Below, in pieces: positions 27,601-35,840 of a DNA stretch of 64,000 nucleotides. A program made the position numbers and the translations under genes. The stretch spans positions 1-64,000 of the IMG/VR virus record IMGVR_UViG_3300035198_000053, one strand, 5' to 3'. The notes beneath the pieces are model-generated. The model saw only the letters and a list, made by a program, of their open reading frames with translations, had not been told where the DNA came from and did no database searches. Position 1 is the stretch's first letter. Each line of letters begins with the position of its first letter. The DNA is from a virus.

Positions 27601-30600
27601 ACGCTGACGACCTCTGGGGCGGCCAACATCGCGGGGCTTCTCACGGCTGCGGGGCTCAACTCGACCGCTGCCATCAATACCAACGTCCTTATTACATCTG
27701 GCGCGGCCAATGTCGGAGGCCTCCTGACGGCGGCTGGCCTGAACTCTACGGGAGCCGTGAACGCCACGAATATTTTTGGCTCCGGCTCGGCGAACATCTC
27801 CGGCACCGCCACCGTCGGGGCTCTGAACGCCCTTGGCGCAATCAATGGCACGAATCTCTACGCCTACTCCGGGGCGATGAACTCATCCACATCGAACGTG
27901 GGTTCACAGAATGCCACAAATATCTCCGCGACGAATATCACGGTAACGGGGACGTTCAACTCCACTGGCTCGATGAACGTTCTCAGAGTCGTCGTCCAGG
28001 GGTCGGCGAATGTCGGTAATATCACTTCCGGGGCGATCAATTCGACATCTGCAGTCAATGCCGTCAACCTTCTCTCCTCCGGTGCCTCGAACATTGGCGG
28101 TCTTCTGTCGGTGGCGGGCGTGAACTCCACCGCAGCGGTAAACGCGACTACCCTCACGGCCTCGGCAGGGATCAATTCCGGAGCAGCGATCAACGGAGTA
28201 AGTCTTATCTCTTCCGGAGCCGCCAATGTAGGGGGGCTTCTGACTTCCGCAGGACTTAACTCTACCGGGGCTATAAACGCTCCCTACGTCGCGGCGGCAA
28301 ACTACAATCTCGGCTCCGGCAACGTGACCACGGACGGGGGCGGGAATGTCACCATCGCAAAACTGATAAACATAGGCGGTTCCAACGTCTATATGGACGC
28401 CTCCGGGAACCTGAAGGTCGCGAAGGAGATCGGGGCCGTCAACTTCAAGCTCAGCGGCAGCGCGAACATGGCTCACCTCAATGCATCCGGTAATATCACA
28501 TCAGCCCTTGTGAATATCGGGGCGGGTAATTTGATTATGGAGCCTGGGGGCAACGTCACGATCCTGCACCTCGTGGGCGCGGGAAATATCGGCGGCACTG
28601 TCGGCACGCTTGATAGGGCCATACCCGTGGCCAATGGGACGGGTGGATACACACTGCAGGGATCGGCGGCAAGGGTTGAAAGCGATGGTGGGGTCAACAT
28701 TCCTTCTGCAGCTTGCTACAAAATAAACGGAGACGACATCATCTGCGCCGGGTCTGACGGGTCGTATTACGTCAGCATCAAAAATAACACAACGTATACG
28801 GGCAGCGCCGGGAACTACAGATACCTTTTCGTGGGTGGCGTGCCGACGGTAGACTCCGACGGGACCGTGAACCCCATAGCGACGTTCAATGGGGCGGGGA
28901 ACTTTTCCAGCATCGCCGTGGGCGCTGGCAACATCTCGATGGATAGCGGAGGCAACCTCACAGTTAAGAGATTTTCCTCCCTGGGTGCGACGAGTCCGGG
29001 GGCCGCAAACCTGACCACAATCAATGTCGGGGCCAACAACATCCAGATGCTTGCGGCTGGTAATGTACTCATACCCAATCTCGACGGGGCAGTCAATGCC
29101 TCGAAGCTCCTCGGCTATACCTGGACCTCTCCGACCACGATCGGGGCCACTTCTCCTGCGGCGGCTAACTTCACGGCTATGGCAGTGGGCGCGGGTAACA
29201 TTTATATGCTGGCTGCGGGGAATACGTTTATCCCGCATCTCGACGGAGCGGTAAACGCCACGACTCTTATCGGGGCCACGTGGGCCGCCCCCCCGGCCAT
29301 CGGAAGCGCGACGGCTGCGGCGGCGAATTTTACAAACCTCGGGGCAGGGGCGGTAAATGCCAGCACGGCTGCGATTGCGGCTGGCAACTATGGGGCGCTC
29401 AATGCCACGACGATCACGTCCGGGACCGGGAACTTCTCCACGATAGCGGGGTCCACGAACATCGTCGTCACGGGTGCAATAAACGGGGCGACAATAATCG
29501 CCTCGGGCTCGATCAACTCCGGGGCCGCTGTGAATGCGGTAAACATCTTCACGTCCGGGGCTGCGAACCTGGGAGGCCTACTCACGGTGGCAGGGATCAA
29601 CTCGACCGCTGCCATCAATGCGCCCAATCTCCTGACAGCCGGGGCGGTGAACGCAGGGAGTACGGTCACGGCGGGGGGGTTCAACACGACCGGCTCGGTC
29701 AACGCGGCTAGCCTTGTCTCTTCAGGGGCCGTGAACGGTGCCACGATCCACTCCTCCGGTTCCATCAACGGCGGGGCTGCCAACTTCCAGACGATCAACG
29801 TCTCCGGCTCAATTAATGCCACGACGCTGACAGCATCCGGCGGGATCAACTCGTCTGCATCCATAAATGGAGTGAATCTGATCGCTTCGGGATCGGCCAA
29901 CATCACGGGGACGGGGACATTCGGAGGTGTCAACAGCGGGGGAACGATCAATGCGGCCCAGTTCATCTCCTCCGGCGGGTTCAACGGGGCCACAGCAGGA
30001 ATAGGGATAGGTAACTTTACCTCGATCGCCACGGCGAATATCACCTCTCCGATCATGAACTTCGGGGCCTCAAATGTGAAATTTACCGATGCAGGCGGGA
30101 ATCTGACCATAGCTAAGCTAGTGGACATCGGCGGGTCGAACATAAAGATGGAGAGCGGGGGCAACACGATATTCTCGAAGAGCATCTATGCGGGCGGCAA
30201 CGCGACTATAGCTGGATCAATGAATTCCGCCTCAGTGAGTACGGGGGCAATCAATGCTTCTGGGGCGGTGAATACTCTCAACCTGAGCACGGGGGCTATA
30301 AACGGGACATCCGCTCTTATAACGGGGGCGGTGAACTCGGGCTCGGTAAGCACCGGGACTGTAAACGCGACGAACGTCATCTCCACGGGGGCCGTCAACG
30401 GAGCCACCGCCAGCCTGGGCGCGATGAACGCCTCCTCCCTCACCGTCTATGGAACGATCGGCGGCAGACTTCCGATCCTGACGAGCAAAGGCGGAGCAAA
30501 TGACTTGACAGCCATACAGGTGAGCGGGTCATGGATGTACTTCACTGGGGCGGGAGTGGCGAACCTCCCGACCGCCAATGTTACCGGATACGCGATCTGC

Positions 30601-30798
30601 TTCGAGGCCCTAACGGGGGCCACGTCGTGGATTGATCCCTATGGCGCGGAGAAAATATCTCTTTCGGGGACGACCCTTGCCGCCGGAAACGCGATCCAGA
30701 ACACTTCCGCGACAAGCGGGGATTTCATCTGTCTTATCTCCTCCGACGGGGCCGGAAACTGGAGAAGTGGCGGCAAAAGTGGGACCTGGGCGCAGTGA
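24631..30798 (+). CDS. 2055-aa signal-peptide-bearing Asn/Gly/Ser/Thr/Ala-rich repeat protein (fibre- or adhesin-like)
   Basis: MKAIRLLIVLFFTLVVASTGLA; repeated GAINST/GAVNAT/GNFT units; four W..P..IG..(A/G)NFT fibre-type motifs. Confidence 0.85.
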   Translation: MKAIRLLIVLFFTLVVASTGLAEMTDYGTVDRNVIYAHNNPVPVGRIEGTRIMLASISEFGWADYDVKRGVTRIMTATAGEVGYMIYDTPTGRTKIFIDSALIGGGATPAGSANDIQYNLNGTALGAYNKVDTLGNPGSTNSIPSEYAVRSAISASGGGTIGGTSGSTDRAIIIANGVGGATIQSSLAQITSGGAINAVGVVSSASVNAPSSSIGAGNYTSISAVNVIVSGAVNAATASIGTINATTYAGVNATTLLGKTWVSPGVIGQTTPAAGNFTNLGAGALNATSIVSGSMNSSTAGIGAGNFTSIISGSMNSSTAGIGSGNFTSVLAGTVNSTNANIGAGNFTSGNFGSTSIGSGNFSTIQSGPVGGISTLILLGSLNSVNITASGAVNGATSNIGAGNYTTVTVSGSGNFGNVTSGAINSTSAINATHLYSSGASNLSGLLTVAGINSTAAVNAPSLTSSGAVNGATLYSAGSVNGGAANFQSVNASSSGNFLNVTAGTINSTANVNAVNLLAYSGAVNSSTANIGSGNFTFINTAGMNSTGAINGTNLFTSGAVNAVSSNIGAGNFQTVTSTGAANFGSVTAGSINSTGTLNAANLYSSGAVNTATSNIGVGNFTSVKSGAINGTDVTASGALNGATANIGALNVSSISSNSGLNGLLMMNNSAGGVNGLQCANGKIPKVTNGVWICSDDSTGGTPTFDAIANGVNISAAMTVSSGANLGYGGTGTINATHLLGSTWASPGPIGTTTEGVGNFTNLGAGAINASSGNFGAANAQTLGSASANITGLLSVGAINSSAAINGTNIYSSGAVNAVTSNIGTGNYSILSAGNMVISGSANMGAAQFGTGNFISISGVNATITGAVNLARGNYGAGNFQTVTSVGSGNFSNITSGAINSTSAINGASLTATGAINGATLYSAGSVNGGAANFQTVTSSGAANFANVSSGAINSTSAINGVNLYSSGAANIGGLLTVAGVNSTAAINTSTLTTSGAANIAGLLTAAGLNSTAAINTNVLITSGAANVGGLLTAAGLNSTGAVNATNIFGSGSANISGTATVGALNALGAINGTNLYAYSGAMNSSTSNVGSQNATNISATNITVTGTFNSTGSMNVLRVVVQGSANVGNITSGAINSTSAVNAVNLLSSGASNIGGLLSVAGVNSTAAVNATTLTASAGINSGAAINGVSLISSGAANVGGLLTSAGLNSTGAINAPYVAAANYNLGSGNVTTDGGGNVTIAKLINIGGSNVYMDASGNLKVAKEIGAVNFKLSGSANMAHLNASGNITSALVNIGAGNLIMEPGGNVTILHLVGAGNIGGTVGTLDRAIPVANGTGGYTLQGSAARVESDGGVNIPSAACYKINGDDIICAGSDGSYYVSIKNNTTYTGSAGNYRYLFVGGVPTVDSDGTVNPIATFNGAGNFSSIAVGAGNISMDSGGNLTVKRFSSLGATSPGAANLTTINVGANNIQMLAAGNVLIPNLDGAVNASKLLGYTWTSPTTIGATSPAAANFTAMAVGAGNIYMLAAGNTFIPHLDGAVNATTLIGATWAAPPAIGSATAAAANFTNLGAGAVNASTAAIAAGNYGALNATTITSGTGNFSTIAGSTNIVVTGAINGATIIASGSINSGAAVNAVNIFTSGAANLGGLLTVAGINSTAAINAPNLLTAGAVNAGSTVTAGGFNTTGSVNAASLVSSGAVNGATIHSSGSINGGAANFQTINVSGSINATTLTASGGINSSASINGVNLIASGSANITGTGTFGGVNSGGTINAAQFISSGGFNGATAGIGIGNFTSIATANITSPIMNFGASNVKFTDAGGNLTIAKLVDIGGSNIKMESGGNTIFSKSIYAGGNATIAGSMNSASVSTGAINASGAVNTLNLSTGAINGTSALITGAVNSGSVSTGTVNATNVISTGAVNGATASLGAMNASSLTVYGTIGGRLPILTSKGGANDLTAIQVSGSWMYFTGAGVANLPTANVTGYAICFEALTGATSWIDPYGAEKISLSGTTLAAGNAIQNTSATSGDFICLISSDGAGNWRSGGKSGTWAQ

Positions 30799-30844
30799 AA
30801 CAACTGACATCTTTAGAGTTGGAATAAAGGGAGGGCGTTGCCGC

Positions 30845-31078
30845 ATGAAAAGATTCCTGATATTCGCATGGGTAACCCCGGTCATCATCGCCTGTGGCAT
30901 TCTAGGGCTCGGCATATTCGAGGCGGGGGCCGCGAACCTCCCGTGGAAGGTGGTGGCGGGAGGAGGTACTTGTGCTGGTATATGGTACTACCGGGACAGC
31001 CACGGCCTGCAAGTTAGCAGTCTACCAATATACCGGCTCAGCGGGGTACACTCAAAGGACGCGAGAATAAGCTATTGA
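30845..31078 (+). CDS. short signal-peptide protein, possibly an internally deleted remnant
   Basis: Hydrophobic N-terminus; C-terminus resembles that of 32193-34700. Confidence 0.5.
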   Translation: MKRFLIFAWVTPVIIACGILGLGIFEAGAANLPWKVVAGGGTCAGIWYYRDSHGLQVSSLPIYRLSGVHSKDARISY

Positions 31079-31098
31079 CAAATGAAAGGAGAACCGGA

Positions 31099-31449
31099 AT
31101 GAAAAAACTACTCGGGATCATCTTTATTCTGTCGTTACTATTCGTCGGACAGGTGTATGCCGCAAGTCTTCAGTGGACAGCATCCACAGGGGCGGCAGGG
31201 TATCAGGTCAGCTACAAGACCCTTGCGGCCACCACCTACACGGTTGTAGACGTAGGCAATGTGGTTCAATGGACAATCCCGACTACTCTGGTAAAGGGGA
31301 CCCGGTACGAGTTCTTTGTGAATGTCTACGCGGGAACGCCAAAGTCTTACTCTGGAGACTCGGATCATATTCGGTGGACGATGCCTAGAGATCCAGTGAT
31401 CATCGAATTACCGGAAGGCCCGAACACCATCATTCTAAACATTCCGTGA
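31099..31449 (+). CDS. secreted FN3-like protein
   Basis: Signal peptide ending VYA; LQWTAS..AAGYQVSY...LVKGTRYEFFV. Confidence 0.75.
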   Translation: MKKLLGIIFILSLLFVGQVYAASLQWTASTGAAGYQVSYKTLAATTYTVVDVGNVVQWTIPTTLVKGTRYEFFVNVYAGTPKSYSGDSDHIRWTMPRDPVIIELPEGPNTIILNIP

Positions 31450-31457
31450 GGTGAGAC

Positions 31458-32186
31458 ATGAAACTGAAATCTCTGTTCCTTATATTCTTAATGGTCGGTT
31501 TGTGCCAGTTAAGTCTGGGTGCCGTCATTGAAGTCCCTGAGTCCATAGGGGCCGGTATCATGATGATAGGAGGGGGGGCTCCGGCGGCAGCGGGTCAGAC
31601 CTTTATGATCTCCGAAGATTTAGAGGGAGCAAGCACCTGTTACACGGGCGATGTTACGTTTATAAATTGTAATTTACCAGCAGCTAAATGGACCACATCG
31701 GGGAGCCCACTTTTTAAGCACAATGGAGGTGGATTGCTAGAAGGAAGTTATTCCTTAGATTGCACTGATGGGAGTGTAACAGGTTCAATAAGTCCAGCGC
31801 AGAGTAATTTCTTTTGGTTCTTTGAGTTTATGGGTACTCCCAATGATCAAGATATTTTCCAGATCAAGGATGCATCTGATAGTTTTGTTTTCACTTTGTC
31901 AGAATTATATGCAGGCACTTTCGGAGTTTGGGATGCCGTAGCCGGTAGCCATAGTACTGGATTCACCTGTGCTTCCAGTACTAAATACTATATTTGGGGA
32001 GAGTATAAAAACGGGGCCAGTGGATACATAAAGATCTATGTTAGTATCACCACCACTAAACCAGCAGCATATACACTGGCTACAACGAATGCCAACACCG
32101 CAGCGAAAATGATTCTGCTCGGTGGTTTCTTTGACCGTATCAGGGTTTCTACAACTGACATTACAGGTTATCCGACTTACCCATGA
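31458..32186 (+). CDS. secreted beta-sandwich (ConA/lectin-like) protein
   Basis: Signal peptide; beta-rich, ends FDRIRVST. Confidence 0.6.
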   Translation: MKLKSLFLIFLMVGLCQLSLGAVIEVPESIGAGIMMIGGGAPAAAGQTFMISEDLEGASTCYTGDVTFINCNLPAAKWTTSGSPLFKHNGGGLLEGSYSLDCTDGSVTGSISPAQSNFFWFFEFMGTPNDQDIFQIKDASDSFVFTLSELYAGTFGVWDAVAGSHSTGFTCASSTKYYIWGEYKNGASGYIKIYVSITTTKPAAYTLATTNANTAAKMILLGGFFDRIRVSTTDITGYPTYP

Positions 32187-32192
32187 GGTAAT

Positions 32193-34700
32193 ATGAGAAA
32201 GACACTTCTTTTCCTTCTTGCAATCATTTTCATTCCTCAAACGGTCCTTGCTACCTCCTGGTATCTCGACAATGCCGCTACTGGTTCAAACAATGGGACT
32301 TCATGGACCAATGCGTGGCATCACCCTGAACATATTGTTTGGGGAAGTTCCGGGGTTAAAGCAGGAGACACCTTGTTCATTTCAGGTGGAACAACTTCAA
32401 AGACCTACATTGTCGATAGAGATCAATGGTTAAGTGTAGATGCAGGGGGAACCAGTGATGCAAACCGGATAATCATTAGAATTGGTCAAGATTCAGGCCA
32501 CAACGGTACTGCCATCATTGAGATGGGGGGAAATCGCGTTCTAAATGGGGCAGGAGGATACAATCAAGCAATTCGACTCAACGGACACAACTGGATAACT
32601 ATCGACGGTGAGTACGGTGGAGCAAGACACATTACCATTCAGAACGTAAAACTTATCGGGCCCTACGATAGTAGCTACGGGAATATTGCCATCCATTCAG
32701 CAGGAGGCGTCGGTATCACTATAAAAGGAGTGACGATTTCCACATCCGACACAGGGATATATTACACCAGTAACAGTGATCCAGGCTCACCATATTTTGC
32801 GCTCGAAGTGAACAATTGCTCCATTACTGACATTAGATCACAAACGGCCATCTATTGCGTTGCAGCAGGTATTGCCCCCAGATACGATGTTGTCAGTATC
32901 CACAATTCTACAATCAGTGTCAACCATACAACGGGAGCCGATTGGGATGGACCTGACGGTATTCAAGTCGGTCACGGATTAACATTCTATAACAATACGA
33001 TTTATGCGGTATCTGATACTGATAATAGCAAAACCTACGGATGGAACGGCATATCGGGGTGCCTCATAGCCGATTGTCCCCCAGGTTCTGGCAATTGGTG
33101 GCAACATCAAGACCTAATTCAGTATGGCGGTAGAAATATTAAGGTTTACAATAATTACATGGCCGATGGAGCTAATTCGGCTATGTCTGTTGATAGGTAC
33201 GAACAGTACGATGATGGTTTTCTGCGTATTTACAATAATGTTATCCAATACAGTTATCAGCGTGGGACTCAGCCTTTACAGATTGGTTTTAACAGTGGTA
33301 ATCCAACTCTGATTACAGATGTATTGATTGTCAATAATACGTTTGCTGATTGTTCAGGGTATATCGTTGGACAAGGAGTGGATTGTGCAACTGGGGTAAC
33401 ATTAAACGCTTATAGATTTCAGAATAACATCATGGTGAATGCAACGGCAGAAAACGTTGGGTGTTGGGCAGCGGGATGCGTTACAACGGGTGTAATAACT
33501 GGATACAACGTAACGTTTCCTGGATCGTGGGGAACAAATGAGGTAGCCGTAGGAGGAGAGAGCTGTTGGTATCAACCTGCAACAATCTCTCACAGTTTGC
33601 CCGCATTCTCTCCGACTGCTTACACTGGACCATATTCGCTAACGAATACTGGATTTAGGCTCTCTGCAAGCGATACGGTAGCCAGGGGAACGGGAGTAAA
33701 TCTAACTTCTCTATGCACGAGCCTGAGCGAACCCGCCCTATGTATGGACAAGGATGGTGTTGCCCGTCCCGCGTCAGGGGCCTGGGACATCGGGGCGTAT
33801 CAGTATGGGGCAGGCGAACCAGACACAGACCCTCCTGTGATGTCGAATCCTCTTCCCTCTGGACAGCAAACTTGTTCAACAGGATGTTTAGAAACTCCGT
33901 TCATAGATCACTCAACCGGAATCAATGACTGGCGGAACATGGGTGATACAGATGCAAGACGATATCTTGGGTTTGCTTACACTCCAACAAATGATCTTTC
34001 TATCTGTAAAGTGACGTGGCAACCTAGACTTTTGGGTGGCAGTCTTGACGGAAAAACATTCTACACTGAGATATGGGACGGGTCCGGAGGGACCACGTTG
34101 CCTGCGAATCCGATAACGAATGGAAGCGCAACCGTCTCTTGTACTGGTAGTTCGTGTGCATGGGGAACTGGGACTGCTGTTGATTTTACATGGACCTCAA
34201 ACTACCCCCAGATTTCATCAGGAACCCAGTATTATTTCACAATGAGTCCTCACGGGACTGATGCGAGCAATTATAGCGGATTAAATACAAACACCAATGC
34301 CACAGGCTATACATTCATTCGGTGGACAAGCACAAAAACCGTAGACACAACTGATTCAAACGAGATCGAGTACGTTAAGGTGTATAATTATCAGGCCAGC
34401 AATGCCATACCGATTACCCTGGAACTGACTACGGATGAGGCGGCCACTTGTAAGTATTCCACCTCCGATGTTTCTTATGATTCAATGGCGTATACCTATT
34501 CGTCTACGGGCGGCACAACCCACACGCAAGCCTTAACGGGGTCTTGCGGAAGTTCTTACGTTTATTATAGTCGGTGTATGGATGGGTCAAACAACAAAGA
34601 TACCAGTTCGGCCACAACTTCATTCTCAATCGCAGGGGGAACAACCCCCATTACGCCTGTAAGCGGAGTGCATATAAAGGGCGGGGGAGTAAACTATTAG
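32193..34700 (+). CDS. secreted right-handed beta-helix (pectin-lyase-like) protein with extra Ig/lectin domains
   Basis: Signal peptide; NNGTSWTNAW, repeated IYNN/IVNNT, RP..GAWDIGAYQY. Confidence 0.8.
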   Translation: MRKTLLFLLAIIFIPQTVLATSWYLDNAATGSNNGTSWTNAWHHPEHIVWGSSGVKAGDTLFISGGTTSKTYIVDRDQWLSVDAGGTSDANRIIIRIGQDSGHNGTAIIEMGGNRVLNGAGGYNQAIRLNGHNWITIDGEYGGARHITIQNVKLIGPYDSSYGNIAIHSAGGVGITIKGVTISTSDTGIYYTSNSDPGSPYFALEVNNCSITDIRSQTAIYCVAAGIAPRYDVVSIHNSTISVNHTTGADWDGPDGIQVGHGLTFYNNTIYAVSDTDNSKTYGWNGISGCLIADCPPGSGNWWQHQDLIQYGGRNIKVYNNYMADGANSAMSVDRYEQYDDGFLRIYNNVIQYSYQRGTQPLQIGFNSGNPTLITDVLIVNNTFADCSGYIVGQGVDCATGVTLNAYRFQNNIMVNATAENVGCWAAGCVTTGVITGYNVTFPGSWGTNEVAVGGESCWYQPATISHSLPAFSPTAYTGPYSLTNTGFRLSASDTVARGTGVNLTSLCTSLSEPALCMDKDGVARPASGAWDIGAYQYGAGEPDTDPPVMSNPLPSGQQTCSTGCLETPFIDHSTGINDWRNMGDTDARRYLGFAYTPTNDLSICKVTWQPRLLGGSLDGKTFYTEIWDGSGGTTLPANPITNGSATVSCTGSSCAWGTGTAVDFTWTSNYPQISSGTQYYFTMSPHGTDASNYSGLNTNTNATGYTFIRWTSTKTVDTTDSNEIEYVKVYNYQASNAIPITLELTTDEAATCKYSTSDVSYDSMAYTYSSTGGTTHTQALTGSCGSSYVYYSRCMDGSNNKDTSSATTSFSIAGGTTPITPVSGVHIKGGGVNY

Positions 34701-34737
34701 CCTTACAAATATACAACCCAAACCAGGGGGAAACGAA

Positions 34738-34794
34738 ATGAAAATCGAACGCAAGGTTTTCGCGGCAGAGGTAAAGGAGTTCGACGAGGGATGA
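34738..34794 (+). pseudogene. 18-codon stub of the original prohead-protease N-terminus
   Basis: MKIERKVFAAEVKEFDEG* aligns with MNPIEHKIYQSEIKESD at 35827. Confidence 0.65.
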
Positions 34795-35840
34795 TTAGAC
34801 ACTGTCTAAATTGCGGTAAGGAGATGTCTGTTTTCAAGTCCCAGGTTTTGAATGGTTCCGGGAAATACTGTTGCTTTGAATGCTACCGACCGCACATGAA
34901 TAACGGCGAACGCATGAGGGGTAAACATTTCTCCGAGGAAGCAAAGAAGAATATGAGCGCGGTCAGGCTTGCAAGAAGAGATTGGCCTACCGAACATAGG
35001 TTTGTAGATGGGGTTGAGCATAAGTTCTGCAAATATTGCGAAGAGTGGGTGCCGATAACAGGGTTTTTCAAAAGCTCAATAGTCTATGATGGCCTTGACA
35101 ACAGATGCAAAAAGTGCTTTTCGAATCAACAAAAAGAAAGGGAGAAAATTGATAAGGAAAAGTACCTGAGGATGAGAAGGGAATGCACAAAGAAATGGAA
35201 AGCGAAAAATCCAGAAATGCCAAAGTTGTGGCGAGCCAAAAATCATGAAAAGGTAAGGTCTTATTGCAAGAGGTGGGCCGAGAATCATCCCGAAGAGAAC
35301 AGGAAAAGATATCATGATTATTATGAGAGAAATATAGATCAAATGAGGGCGAAGGCTAAGGAATACAATCAATCCGAGCGCGGAAGAGAAAGAAAGCTCA
35401 GGTGGATCGAAAACAACCGCGAGAAATATTTGGCCCAGGTAAAGAGATACAATGAAAAAAGGGCATCGGACCCGAAATACAGACTTTCTCATTCAATAAG
35501 TTCGGGAATCAACGCCGCATTGCAGGGACGCAAAAAAGGTATCCATTGGGAAACTCTTGTTGGATATACCTTGTCGGATTTGGCGGGTCATCTTGAACGG
35601 CAATTCAAAAAAGGAATGTGTTGGAGTAATTATGGCAAATGGCATCTGGATCATCGCGTTCCGGTAGCGGTTTTTAATTTTGAAAAACCCGAGGATATAG
35701 ATTTTGAGCGTTGTTGGGCATTGAGCAATCTTCAGCCTTTGTGGAGCGAGGAAAACATAAAAAAACAAGCAAAACTTTCAAAGCCATTCCAGCCGGCATT
35801 AAGAATCGCCGCAAAAGGAGAATGCCATGAACCCTATTGA
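34791..35840 (+). CDS. free-standing HNH-type homing endonuclease (NUMOD3 and Zn fingers)
   Basis: GKHFSEEAKKNMS, CKYC...CKKC, WSNYGKWHLDH..P...NLQPLW..EN..K; AT-rich. Confidence 0.8.
   Translation: MIRHCLNCGKEMSVFKSQVLNGSGKYCCFECYRPHMNNGERMRGKHFSEEAKKNMSAVRLARRDWPTEHRFVDGVEHKFCKYCEEWVPITGFFKSSIVYDGLDNRCKKCFSNQQKEREKIDKEKYLRMRRECTKKWKAKNPEMPKLWRAKNHEKVRSYCKRWAENHPEENRKRYHDYYERNIDQMRAKAKEYNQSERGRERKLRWIENNREKYLAQVKRYNEKRASDPKYRLSHSISSGINAALQGRKKGIHWETLVGYTLSDLAGHLERQFKKGMCWSNYGKWHLDHRVPVAVFNFEKPEDIDFERCWALSNLQPLWSEENIKKQAKLSKPFQPALRIAAKGECHEPY

Noticed and set aside
25011-30443. Long chain of minus-strand ORFs
   Set aside because: Antisense shadows of the repetitive giant gene
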